From sequence record SRR22947727_234: 55,126 nt of DNA; one strand, 5' to 3'. A program made the translations under genes and the position numbers. Below the pieces are notes generated by a model. The model saw only the letters and a program-made list of their open reading frames with translations, made no database searches and was not told the DNA's origin. The stretch's first letter is position 1. Each line of letters opens with the position of its first letter. Shown in pieces: positions 39,178-48,677 of this stretch.

Positions 39178-39584
39178 GCGGCCATGGCTGCGGATAACGC
39201 CGTGTCCAAGAGCGCTTTGATTTGTTTTCTGGAGGTTCCGGCAACAATACGGCCAAGCTCTTGATCCCCATGCAGAACAACCAACGTCGAGCGGCGTGGA
39301 ATACCAAGCTCTTTGGCCAGTTCTGCGCGGCCAAATTGATCATAGTCAATGGTAACAAATTCGATCTTCTCACCATAGGCCGGGTTGTCCTTCAAAAGTC
39401 GGGCCAGCGTTCGTTTTTGAGCGGCACAGGTGGTGCACCATTCGGTGGTGTAATCCACAAATACGGTCTTACCTTCCGATAGCAATTGCTTAACCAGCCC
39501 CGGCTCATAGGCTTGGGCGGTCAGCGCGACAGCCGGGGTTGCCAGAAAACAGCTGGAAGCCATTAAAAATTCACGACGGTTCAT
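39174..39584 (-). CDS. exported thioredoxin family protein
   Basis: MNRREFL twin-arginine-like signal; WCTTC active site. Confidence 0.85.
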   Translation of the reverse strand: MNRREFLMASSCFLATPAVALTAQAYEPGLVKQLLSEGKTVFVDYTTEWCTTCAAQKRTLARLLKDNPAYGEKIEFVTIDYDQFGRAELAKELGIPRRSTLVVLHGDQELGRIVAGTSRKQIKALLDTALSAAMAA

Positions 39585-39606
39585 GACACGATCTCCTCAA
39601 AAGGTT

Positions 39607-40320
39607 TTAAAATCGAACAGACAAATCTTGCAGCCAATAGGGTAGGTTTTGCACGGCCCAAACTTCAATCCGGTGGTGCACACCAAATAGAATGGCCCCC
39701 CCCACCAGAACGAAAACCACCCCCAAAATAGGACGGGCGCGATGGGACAAAGCCCGCATCCACTGTACCCGGCGTTGCAACAGGTTACGCGCCCCATAGG
39801 CCAATACACAGATGATGCTAGAAACGCCCAGAGCAAACCCTGTCATGATTGCTCCGGCCCAAAGAAGTGAGCCACCCCCGCTGGCCAGAGCAATCGCCCC
39901 ACCCAGGGTCGGGCCAATGCAGGGTGACCAGACCATACCCAATAACAAGCCACCGATGAATTGCCCGGACAGCCGGCCACGATCAACCTCGTCCAGCTGT
40001 GCGTCTGCTCTGGAGGCAAGCCCATTGGTCAGCCGGGTGAAGACCACGCCCAGGCCAGGCGACATTAACGCCAAGCCAAAGAGCACCATGACCCCAGCCG
40101 CAACCTGCGCCACAACCTGATCATTGATCCCCAACGCCGGACCGAAGGCTGAAATGCCGATGCCCAGCACGATAAACATCACGCTCATCCCCGCCGCCAA
40201 GGCCAGGGGGCCCCATTTGCTGGCCTGCAAGGCCGTCGCCAGAACGATGGGCAGGACCGGCAACACACAGGGGTTGATCAAGGTCAGCAGCCCCGCAAGA
40301 TATGCAAAAACGATCTCCAT
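39607..40320 (-). CDS. CcdA/DsbD-type membrane disulfide reductase
   Basis: NPCVLPVLP and WSPCIGP motifs. Confidence 0.88.
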   Translation of the reverse strand: MEIVFAYLAGLLTLINPCVLPVLPIVLATALQASKWGPLALAAGMSVMFIVLGIGISAFGPALGINDQVVAQVAAGVMVLFGLALMSPGLGVVFTRLTNGLASRADAQLDEVDRGRLSGQFIGGLLLGMVWSPCIGPTLGGAIALASGGGSLLWAGAIMTGFALGVSSIICVLAYGARNLLQRRVQWMRALSHRARPILGVVFVLVGGAILFGVHHRIEVWAVQNLPYWLQDLSVRF

Positions 40321-40393
40321 GGAGCCATTATGCGTCACAGCAAAGCCCCTGTCACGCAGATACGCAGTCCGATGCGATCACATTATTGTGCCG

Positions 40394-41263
40394 TTATTGC
40401 AATGTTTGCCGGGCCATTTGCACCGCCAAAATACCAAACATGATGATGACAACCCCAACAATATCCCAAATCCGCAGGGTCTCACCCAACAATACCGCTG
40501 CAATCATCACCCCAAAAAATGGATTCAAGAAGTGGAAAGTGGCCGCCTTCACCGCACCGATCCGCTGGACCAGCCAGAACCAGATAAAGGTGGCCACAAG
40601 ACCGGGCATCAAGACCGTATAGGAAAAGGCGAGCACCAATTTCATCGACCAATTGACCACGGGCTGATCAAGAATAAGGCCCGGAATGACCAGAAAAGCC
40701 GACCCCACCAGCATTTGCAATCCAACGATCATCAACAAGTTGCCCCCCGATGAGGCGCCGCGCACCATCAAAGTCGCCACGGTCAGCGAAGCCACCGCGA
40801 TGAAGCAGAGAGCAATACCATAAAAATCTGCCCCCGCCTGAATCCGAGCCCCCATGATGAGCCCAACGCCACCCGCACCAGCGCAAAGCCCCAGGACGCC
40901 CAGCGCAGAGAGGCGTTCTCGAAAGATCACCCAGCCAGCAAAGCCCACCGCCAAGGGCATCGTCGAGGCGATGATCGAGGCCAAAGAGGCTTCCACAGTC
41001 TGCATCGCCACGAAATTCAAACCTAAATACAAAGCATTTTGGCAAAGTCCAAAAACAATCGTGGCGCGCCACTGCCCGGGTGTGAGGCGCCATGTTTGCC
41101 CCAAAAACCGCGCAAGAGCGATGCCAATCAATCCTGAAATCAGAAACCGAAGGGAAAGGGACAGAATCGGCGGCGCGTCTGCCACAATGATCCGCGCAGA
41201 GGTGAATGCAGAAGACCAGATCAACGCGAACGCCAAGCCAGCCAAAATAGCGCGTATGTCCAT
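40394..41263 (-). CDS. DMT/EamA family transporter
   Basis: About 10 hydrophobic segments, two EamA repeats. Confidence 0.85.
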   Translation of the reverse strand: MDIRAILAGLAFALIWSSAFTSARIIVADAPPILSLSLRFLISGLIGIALARFLGQTWRLTPGQWRATIVFGLCQNALYLGLNFVAMQTVEASLASIIASTMPLAVGFAGWVIFRERLSALGVLGLCAGAGGVGLIMGARIQAGADFYGIALCFIAVASLTVATLMVRGASSGGNLLMIVGLQMLVGSAFLVIPGLILDQPVVNWSMKLVLAFSYTVLMPGLVATFIWFWLVQRIGAVKAATFHFLNPFFGVMIAAVLLGETLRIWDIVGVVIIMFGILAVQMARQTLQ

Positions 41264-41356
41264 CGGTATGTATCCTTAACCTACCGGCAGGAGCTTTGCG
41301 CAGTATTGCGCCCTGGGCAAGGCCATTTTGCGCAACCCAGACCAGTTGCAAATACA

Positions 41357-41388
41357 AAAGCCCGCGCCAGAGATCCGGCGCGGGCTTT
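41357..41388. terminator. terminator downstream of the HU gene
   Basis: AAAGCCCGCGCC-N8-GGCGCGGGCTTT perfect 12-bp stem. Confidence 0.85.
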
Positions 41389-41407
41389 CATAAAAACTTA
41401 TTTATAT

Positions 41408-41695
41408 TTATCCGTTTACGCTGTCTTTGAGCGCTTTTGCGATGGTCATTTTGACAACTTTATCCGCATCTTTTTTGAAGCTTTCACCAGTGGCGGGGTT
41501 GCGCACCATCCGCTCTGGACGCTCACGGCAATAGATTTTGCCAACACCTGGCAAAGTCACAGCGCCGCCGCCGGAAACTTCGCTGGTGATCAACTCACAG
41601 ATCGCATCCAACGAGGCCGCTGCGGATTTTTTATCCGTGCCCATTTTCTCTGCCAATGCGGCAACCAATTGTGTTTTCGTCATAGGTTTCGACAT
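41408..41695 (-). CDS. HU family DNA-binding protein
   Basis: MTKTQLVAALA...LPGVGK...RMVRNPATGE...KALKDSV. Confidence 0.93.
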   Translation of the reverse strand: MSKPMTKTQLVAALAEKMGTDKKSAAASLDAICELITSEVSGGGAVTLPGVGKIYCRERPERMVRNPATGESFKKDADKVVKMTIAKALKDSVNG

Positions 41696-41816
41696 ATATT
41701 TTCTCCTAACAAGCCCAACACCTTGGGCACCAATCTCCAACAGTTAACTGCATATTGTAGAAAGACACAACAAATTGTATCGTATAAATTGAAAAAAATG
41801 ACCAAAAGTCTCAATT

Positions 41817-43292
41817 TTATAGAAATGCTGTCTCCTCAAAACTTCTTAACTTACGCGAATGTATTCTCTCAAGCGGCATTTCGCGCAAAAGCTCCATTGC
41901 TCGAATACCTATTCGAAGATGACGCGAAACTTGAGTTTTGTAAAAGCTTGTCGCCATGCCGGGCAATTTCAACTCCCCATGTAGCGGTTTATCGCTGACG
42001 CACAGCAGGGTCCCATAGGGCACGCGGAATCGATAGCCATTGGCAGCGATCGTGGCACTTTCCATGTCTAGGGCAATGGCACGCGATTGGCTGAGCCGGT
42101 GCACCGGGCCGGATTGGTCTCGCAGCTCCCAGTTGCGATTGTCGATGGTTGCCACCGTTCCTGTGCGCATAATTTGCTTCAAATCATATCCCTGCAGGGC
42201 TGTGATCTCAGCCACAGCCTGCTCCAGGCTGGTTTGGATTTCGGCCAAAGCTGGAATAGGCACCCAGACCGGCAAATCGTCATCCAAGACATGATCTTCG
42301 CGCAAATAGGCATGGGCCAGGACAAAATCGCCCAGGCTTTGCGAATTGCGCAGACCGGCACAGTGCCCCACCATGATCCAAGCGTGCGGGCGCAGCACCG
42401 CTATATGATCGGTAGCGGTTTTGGCATTTGACGGGCCAACGCCGATATTCACCAATGTGATGCCACTGCCATCTGCGCGGGTCAGGTGATAGGTCGGCAT
42501 CTGCGGCATTTTTTGCGGCGCTTGCAAAGGGGCAGCCGCGGTTGTGATACGATGATTGTCCGGTCCAACAAAGGCCAGATAGCCACTGTTTGGATCTTCC
42601 ATTTGCTCACGGGCGAAGGCCTCAAATTCCTCCACATAGAATTGGTAGTTGGTAAACAATACATGGTTCTGGAAAAATTTCGGATCTGTGGCGGTGTAAT
42701 GGCGCAAACGGGCCAAGGAATAATCCACCCGCTGCGCATCAAATAGGGCCAAGGGTTGCGTGCCATCCGGCTGCACAACATCCGTTCCGTTGACAATATT
42801 ATCATTGGTTGTGGCCAAATCAGGCACATCGAAAACATCACGCAGCACAAATCCAGCCGCATCCGCTGGAACCACGAGGCTTGGATCATGCGCCACGGCA
42901 AAATGGACCGGGATGGGCGTGTTCGAATAGCCAACCTGCACAGTGCAGCCATGATTTACGATCAACAACTCCAACTGTTGCTCTAGATAGTTCTGGAACA
43001 AGACCGGTTGGGTGATGGTCGTGGCAAAGACGCCCGGCCCATAGACATGACCAAAAGACAGGCGGCTATCCACCGACGCATAGCTTGAGGTTGTGATCCG
43101 CACCTCCGGGTAAAAGGCCCGATAGCGGGTGCTGCTATCGCCTGAGCCCAGAACCGATACGAATTTTTCGCATAAAAAATCAGAGGCCTTTTGGTACAGG
43201 GCAATCAAATGTGCAACAGCCTCTGGCGCTTGCGCAAAACTCTGCGGGGCCGCGTCATCAGGCAGGGTGAAAACAGGATCAAGCGTCCGCAT
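41817..43292 (-). CDS. amn: AMP nucleosidase
   Basis: LFTNYQFY, PQMPTYHL, GVGPSNAKT, DMES, SDKPLHGE. Confidence 0.95.
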   Translation of the reverse strand: MRTLDPVFTLPDDAAPQSFAQAPEAVAHLIALYQKASDFLCEKFVSVLGSGDSSTRYRAFYPEVRITTSSYASVDSRLSFGHVYGPGVFATTITQPVLFQNYLEQQLELLIVNHGCTVQVGYSNTPIPVHFAVAHDPSLVVPADAAGFVLRDVFDVPDLATTNDNIVNGTDVVQPDGTQPLALFDAQRVDYSLARLRHYTATDPKFFQNHVLFTNYQFYVEEFEAFAREQMEDPNSGYLAFVGPDNHRITTAAAPLQAPQKMPQMPTYHLTRADGSGITLVNIGVGPSNAKTATDHIAVLRPHAWIMVGHCAGLRNSQSLGDFVLAHAYLREDHVLDDDLPVWVPIPALAEIQTSLEQAVAEITALQGYDLKQIMRTGTVATIDNRNWELRDQSGPVHRLSQSRAIALDMESATIAANGYRFRVPYGTLLCVSDKPLHGELKLPGMATSFYKTQVSRHLRIGIRAMELLREMPLERIHSRKLRSFEETAFL

Positions 43293-45093
43293 CTTCTTGC
43301 CCCCGCTCTTGCACCACGGGCACAAGTTCAAATTTACGCACATCCACCAACCCGAGATCCGAAATGCGCAGATCTGGAATCACCACAAGCGCCAAAAGGG
43401 AGTGCTGCATATATGCATTGTTCAAGTGACAGCCACAGTCAGCCATGGCCTGCACCATGGCCGCAGCCTTGGCCGCAACCTCTTCAGCTGGCGCATCAGA
43501 CATGAGGCCGGCAATGGGCAATTCAATCAAGGCCAATTCCCGCCCGTCTTTCCATACGCTCACACCGCCGCCCACCTCTGCCAAGCGATTGGCGGCCAGG
43601 GCCATATGCTCGGCACAGGTGCCCACCACAATCATATGATGGCTGTCATGGGCCACGGTGGAGGCGATGGCCATCTCACCCTGATAGCCAAAACCCGACA
43701 CGAAGCCATTGGTCACACTGCCCAGCGCCCGGTGCCGCTCAACCAGGGCAATTTGGCAAATATCACCCTGCCCGCAAATGCGCCCGCCCCGCACCGGAAG
43801 CTCGGCCTCCAGCGCCTGCGTCGGCGCTTGGTTTTCCACCACGCCAATCACGCGCACTTTCGCCACCTCAGCGCCGTCATCTGGCGCAGGAATGGTAAAC
43901 TCAGCGGCAGATTTTTCTGCCCCCATGTGGACCGTATTGCGCGCCGCAGCCGGCCAGGCGATATGGGGGCACTCCGTGGTGATCCGCCCCGCCAGCGCCA
44001 CAGTTTCACCCCTCGCAATCACCCGTTCAATCGGCAGCTCTCGCAAGTCAGAGGTGAAAATCACATCCGCCCGCCGGCCTGGTGCAATACTGCCCAATTC
44101 CCGCTCAAGACCGAAATGCGTTGCCGTGTTGATTGTGGCCATTTGCAGCGCGACCAAGGGATCACAACCGCAAGCAATGGCATGACGCACCACACGGTTC
44201 ATATGCCCGTCCTGCACCAGCGTTCCAGAATGGCAATCATCGGTGCATAAAATGAAGTTGCGCGGATCCAGCCCTTTCTCGGTGATCGCGGTGATTTGCG
44301 TTTCCACATCATACCACGCACTGCCCAGGCGCATCATCGAGCGCATTCCTTGACGCACCCGCATGACAGCATCCGCCTCACAGGTGCCTTCGTGATCATC
44401 CGCCGGGCCGCCTGCGGCATAGGCATGAAACGCCGGCCCCAGATCGGGGCTGGCGTAATGGCCGCCAATTGTTTTGCCCGCGCGGGCTGTGGCCGCCATC
44501 TCGGCCAACATCTGTGCATCGCCGTTGACCACACCGGGAAAATTCATCATCTCCCCAAGCCCGATGATCCCGGGCCATTGCATCGCCTCTGCCACATCCT
44601 CGGCGCTAATCTCATAGCCGGTGGTCTCCAGACCGGGCGCCGATGGCGCGCAGCTTGGCATTTGGGTGAAGATATTCACCGGCTGCATCAACCCCTCGTC
44701 ATGCATCAGCTTCACCCCGGGCAGGCCCATAACATTGGCGATCTCATGAGGGTCGGTGAACATCGTAGTGGTGCCATGCGGGATCACCGCGCGGGCAAAT
44801 TCCGCTGGGGTCAGCATACCACTTTCCACATGCATATGCCCGTCACAAAGGCCGGGAATCACATAGCCACTCCAGCGCAACACCTCTGTCTTGGGCCCGA
44901 TGCAATGGCTGGCATCCGGGCCAACATAGGCAAATCGCCCCGCCGCAATTGCCACATCCCATCGCAAAATTTCGCGTGTATGCACATTGGCCAATTGGCC
45001 GCCTAAAATAACTAAATCTGCTGGCCTGCGCCCCGCGGCCACCGCAACCAGATCGGCCGCGCATTCAGACCAAGCCCTAAATGAATTGTCCAT
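43279..45093 (-). CDS. ade: adenine deaminase
   Basis: DGHMHVES, DPHEIANV, GEMMNFPG, STVAHDSHH. Confidence 0.94.
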   Translation of the reverse strand: MDNSFRAWSECAADLVAVAAGRRPADLVILGGQLANVHTREILRWDVAIAAGRFAYVGPDASHCIGPKTEVLRWSGYVIPGLCDGHMHVESGMLTPAEFARAVIPHGTTTMFTDPHEIANVMGLPGVKLMHDEGLMQPVNIFTQMPSCAPSAPGLETTGYEISAEDVAEAMQWPGIIGLGEMMNFPGVVNGDAQMLAEMAATARAGKTIGGHYASPDLGPAFHAYAAGGPADDHEGTCEADAVMRVRQGMRSMMRLGSAWYDVETQITAITEKGLDPRNFILCTDDCHSGTLVQDGHMNRVVRHAIACGCDPLVALQMATINTATHFGLERELGSIAPGRRADVIFTSDLRELPIERVIARGETVALAGRITTECPHIAWPAAARNTVHMGAEKSAAEFTIPAPDDGAEVAKVRVIGVVENQAPTQALEAELPVRGGRICGQGDICQIALVERHRALGSVTNGFVSGFGYQGEMAIASTVAHDSHHMIVVGTCAEHMALAANRLAEVGGGVSVWKDGRELALIELPIAGLMSDAPAEEVAAKAAAMVQAMADCGCHLNNAYMQHSLLALVVIPDLRISDLGLVDVRKFELVPVVQERGQEDADA

Positions 45094-45179
45094 AAGGTAG
45101 ATTTTCCGATCTAGACGGGCTGCGCAAGTCCCATTACAGTTTTTTTCACAGTAAAATACCTTTGGGTAAAGGGTTTAGT

Positions 45180-45608
45180 ATGAATATTGTTATTTTCCAC
45201 AATCCCAATTGCGGCACGTCGCGTAATGTGGTGCAAATTGTTAAAGATGCGGGTTTCAGCCCTACCGTGGTTGAATATCTCGATACCGGCTGGACAAAGC
45301 CACAGCTGCAAGCGCTATTTGCCACCGCAGGCCTGAGCGCCCGGGATGCCTTGCGCACGTCAAAATCACCAGCGCAGGAGCTGGGATTGATGGGCTCTGA
45401 TGTGACCGAAGAGCAATTGCTCGACGCTATGGTTGCCCATCCCATCTTGGTGAACCGCCCCTTTGTCGCCTGCAAAGGGCAGGTGCGACTCTGCCGTCCC
45501 TCGGGGCAAGTGCTCGATATTTTGCCACACTGGCCCTCCGCCCCCTATGCCAAAGAAGATGGCAGCCCGCTCATCACGGCCGATGGCGCTGTGGTGCCGG
45601 GCGCCTAG
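45180..45608 (+). CDS. arsC: glutaredoxin-dependent arsenate reductase
   Basis: HNPNCGTSRN, ILVNRP, LCRPS. Confidence 0.88.
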   Translation: MNIVIFHNPNCGTSRNVVQIVKDAGFSPTVVEYLDTGWTKPQLQALFATAGLSARDALRTSKSPAQELGLMGSDVTEEQLLDAMVAHPILVNRPFVACKGQVRLCRPSGQVLDILPHWPSAPYAKEDGSPLITADGAVVPGA

Positions 45609-45670
45609 ACGGGAATAGCTTATCTCAACGACACCAGCCTATCTGGCCGCAACCGACAAAGGACACTTCC

Positions 45671-46426
45671 ATGACAGCCCCCGATCTGCGCCCCAATATG
45701 GACAATTGGCAAGAACGTGTCGATCTCGCCGCCGCCTTTCGCTGGACGGTCCGATTAAACATGCACGAGGCGGTGGCCAATCACTTTAGCTTGGCCATTA
45801 ATCCCGAGGGGACCAAATTCTTGATGAACCCCAATCAAATGCATTTCTCTCGCATCAAGGCTTCCGATCTCATCGTTGTGGATGCCAATGATCCGGCCAG
45901 TATGGAAGGCCCCGATGCGCCAGATCCCACCGCCTGGGGCCTACATGGCGGGCTCCATCGCTATTGCAAACACGCGCGCTGCGCCATGCATGTGCATTCC
46001 CCCTATGCCACGGCCTTGGCGTCTCTCGCGGACAGCACGCTGCCGCCTGTGGATCAAAATGCCTGCATGTTTTTCAACCGCTATGTCATCGACAACAATT
46101 ACGGTGGCTTGGCCTTCGAGGAGGAAGGCGCGCGTTGCGCCAGCCTATTTGAAGATCCCAAAAAGAAGGTCATGATCATGGGCAACCATGGCATTTTGAT
46201 CATCGGCGAAACCGTCGCTGAAACCTTTAATCGCATGTTTTATTTTGAGAGGGCCTGCCAGACTTATCTCCTGGCTCTGCAAACCGGCCGGCCGCTGCGC
46301 ATTCTTGATGCCGAAATTGCGGAAAAAACCGCGCAGGAGCTGGAAACTTATCCCGAGCAAGACGCCAGACATTTGGCCGAACTCAAGGCCATCTTGGATG
46401 AAGAGGGCTGCAATTACGCCGCATAG
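45671..46426 (+). CDS. class II aldolase/adducin family protein
   Basis: EAVANHFS, MHVHS, MGNHG. Confidence 0.88.
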   Translation: MTAPDLRPNMDNWQERVDLAAAFRWTVRLNMHEAVANHFSLAINPEGTKFLMNPNQMHFSRIKASDLIVVDANDPASMEGPDAPDPTAWGLHGGLHRYCKHARCAMHVHSPYATALASLADSTLPPVDQNACMFFNRYVIDNNYGGLAFEEEGARCASLFEDPKKKVMIMGNHGILIIGETVAETFNRMFYFERACQTYLLALQTGRPLRILDAEIAEKTAQELETYPEQDARHLAELKAILDEEGCNYAA

Positions 46427-46455
46427 ACCACCGGGCGCACAGGCGACAATTGCGC

Positions 46456-47388
46456 CTAGCCCAACTCCCGGCGCAAAGCCTGTGGCGTGGTGCCATATTC
46501 TGAGCGAAACGCACGGGTCATCGCACTGGCGTCTTGATAGCCGCAACGCACAGCAATCTCCGCCACTGAGATGGAGGTTTCAAGCGCCAATCCCCGCGCC
46601 CGCTCGAGCCTGATCCGCCGGTAAATGACCTGCGGCGCGGCGCCAAGCCGGGCCAGGGTTTGCCGTTCCAAGTGCTTTTGACTGCGCCCAAGCTGCTGCG
46701 CCAATTGGGCAATCGGCAAAGGCTCCTCAATGTTGGCCCGCATCAGATCCACCGCCCGTGCCGCAATCCCGCCGCGCCGATCCGGCCGCTGCGCATAGGC
46801 GCCAGAAAACAGATTTTCAACCCGCAAGCGCAGGGCCGCCCCCTGTTGCTTTTCGATCAATTGCATCGCCAGAGCAAAGGCTGTGGACGCACCGCCGCAA
46901 GTGATCCGATTGCGATCATAGATGACGGCCTCTTTTTGCACATCGACCTCCGAAAACCGCTCCGAAAACCGATCAAGCTCGTCCCAATGTATTGTCGCCC
47001 GATGCCCGTCCAACAGACCGGCTTGCGCCAACAGCCAACTGCCCGTGTCGAGCCCCGCAAGCGTGTCAAACCGCCGTGCCGCCGCGCGCAAAGCCCGGCT
47101 GCTTGTCACATTGGCATGGGTCAAAAACCCATAAGACGGCATGACCATCAATATATCTCCGCGCATATCGGCAAGCTGGGCATCCGCTTCCAGACGCAGA
47201 CCCGAAGACGAGTGCACCCCCTGTCCGGCGAGGACCACAATATTCCAGTCAAAGACCTGTTGCCCCGAAAAATCATTGGCCGCACGCAGCGGTTCGAGAA
47301 CATTGGCCAAACAATGATTTGAAAAGCGATCAAACAGCAGGATCGAAATCTGAAGGGGCGCGGCAGAAGGATTTTTCGAATAGGGCAT
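46456..47388 (-). CDS. GlxA/CdhR-like AraC regulator with DJ-1 domain
   Basis: LEPLRAAN, DTGSWLLA, ATIHW, C-terminal double HTH; divergent from the betaine-CoA operon. Confidence 0.88.
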   Translation of the reverse strand: MPYSKNPSAAPLQISILLFDRFSNHCLANVLEPLRAANDFSGQQVFDWNIVVLAGQGVHSSSGLRLEADAQLADMRGDILMVMPSYGFLTHANVTSSRALRAAARRFDTLAGLDTGSWLLAQAGLLDGHRATIHWDELDRFSERFSEVDVQKEAVIYDRNRITCGGASTAFALAMQLIEKQQGAALRLRVENLFSGAYAQRPDRRGGIAARAVDLMRANIEEPLPIAQLAQQLGRSQKHLERQTLARLGAAPQVIYRRIRLERARGLALETSISVAEIAVRCGYQDASAMTRAFRSEYGTTPQALRRELG

Positions 47389-47464
47389 GATTTAGTCTAT
47401 TACCGCATGATATAGCCTGGCAATAGCCCTAGCCTCAAATCAAACAGCCGTGAAGGAGGCCCCC

Positions 47465-48625
47465 ATGCTTTATGGATTATCTGCCGAACAAGATATGATC
47501 GCACAAACTGTACGCTCATTTGTTGAAAAAGAAATTTACCCTCATGAAGAGCTGGTGGAACGCACGGGCGAAGTGCCCAATGAAATTGCCCAACACATCA
47601 AAGAAAAAACGCTGGAGCTGGGCTTTTATGCCTGCAATTTTCCTGAAAGCGTGGGATGCGCGGGCCTGTCGCATGTAGATTTTGCATTGGTCGAGCGTGA
47701 ATTGGGGCGCGGATCTATGGCGCTCAATCATTTCTTTGGTCGACCACAAAATATTCTCATGGCCTGTGAAGGCGATCAAATTGACCGCTACCTCATGCCC
47801 GCCGTGCGCGGCGAGCGCATGGATGCTCTGGCGATGACGGAACCGGGCGCCGGCTCTGACATTCGCGGCATGAAATGCAGCGCCCAGCGCGATGGTGGCG
47901 ATTGGGTGGTCAATGGCAGCAAACATTTCATCAGCGGCGCAGATCATGCAGATTTCTTCATTGTCTTCATCGCCACAGGCGAAGACCAAACGGACAAAGG
48001 CCCCAAGAAACGGATCACGGCCTTTCTGGTCGATCGCGGCACAGCGGGATTTTCTGTGCGCGATGGTTATAAATCCGTCAGCCACCGTGGATATAAGAAT
48101 ATGATCCTAGAATTCGATGACTGCCGCCTGCCACAGGCACAGGTGATTGGCGAGGTGGATGGCGGCTTTGAGGTTATGAATACTTGGCTCTATGCCACAC
48201 GGATCACGGTGGCCACCATGAGCGTTGGCCGCGCGCGACGGGTCTTTGACTATGCCCTGCACTATGCGGCCGAGCGCGAACAATTTGGTCAGAAAATCGG
48301 AAAATTCCAAGGCGTCAGCTTTCAATTGGCCGATATGATTACCGAAATTGATGCGGCAGATCTTCTCACCCTAGCCGCCGCTGACCGCTTAGATAAGGCG
48401 CTGCCGGCCAACCGCGAGATTGCCTCCGCCAAGCTCTACGCCAGTGAGATGCTGGCGCGTGTGACCGATGCGGCCATTCAAATCCATGGCGGCATGGGCC
48501 TTATGAGCGACTACCCGCTTGAACGCTTCTGGCGGGATGCGCGGGTCGAGCGCATATGGGACGGAACATCCGAAATCCAGCGCCATATTATCAGCCGCGA
48601 CCTGCTGCGGGCTTTGGGGGCATGA
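47465..48625 (+). CDS. acyl-CoA dehydrogenase, probable gamma-butyrobetainyl-CoA dehydrogenase
   Basis: AMTEPGAGSD, NGSKHFIS, REQFG, IHGGMG, IWDGTSEIQR; substrate inferred from context. Confidence 0.88.
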   Translation: MLYGLSAEQDMIAQTVRSFVEKEIYPHEELVERTGEVPNEIAQHIKEKTLELGFYACNFPESVGCAGLSHVDFALVERELGRGSMALNHFFGRPQNILMACEGDQIDRYLMPAVRGERMDALAMTEPGAGSDIRGMKCSAQRDGGDWVVNGSKHFISGADHADFFIVFIATGEDQTDKGPKKRITAFLVDRGTAGFSVRDGYKSVSHRGYKNMILEFDDCRLPQAQVIGEVDGGFEVMNTWLYATRITVATMSVGRARRVFDYALHYAAEREQFGQKIGKFQGVSFQLADMITEIDAADLLTLAAADRLDKALPANREIASAKLYASEMLARVTDAAIQIHGGMGLMSDYPLERFWRDARVERIWDGTSEIQRHIISRDLLRALGA

Positions 48626-48677
48626 TGACCCGGTGCCCTGCCGCCTGCAAAGCGCAGCTTAGTGCATAGGATAAGAC

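Noticed and set aside
43129..44250. Long antisense ORFs (also 53926..54906, 36583..37452, 28289..29116, 9345..10094)
   Set aside because: Shadow frames of well-supported genes in moderately GC-rich DNA, with no domain motifs.
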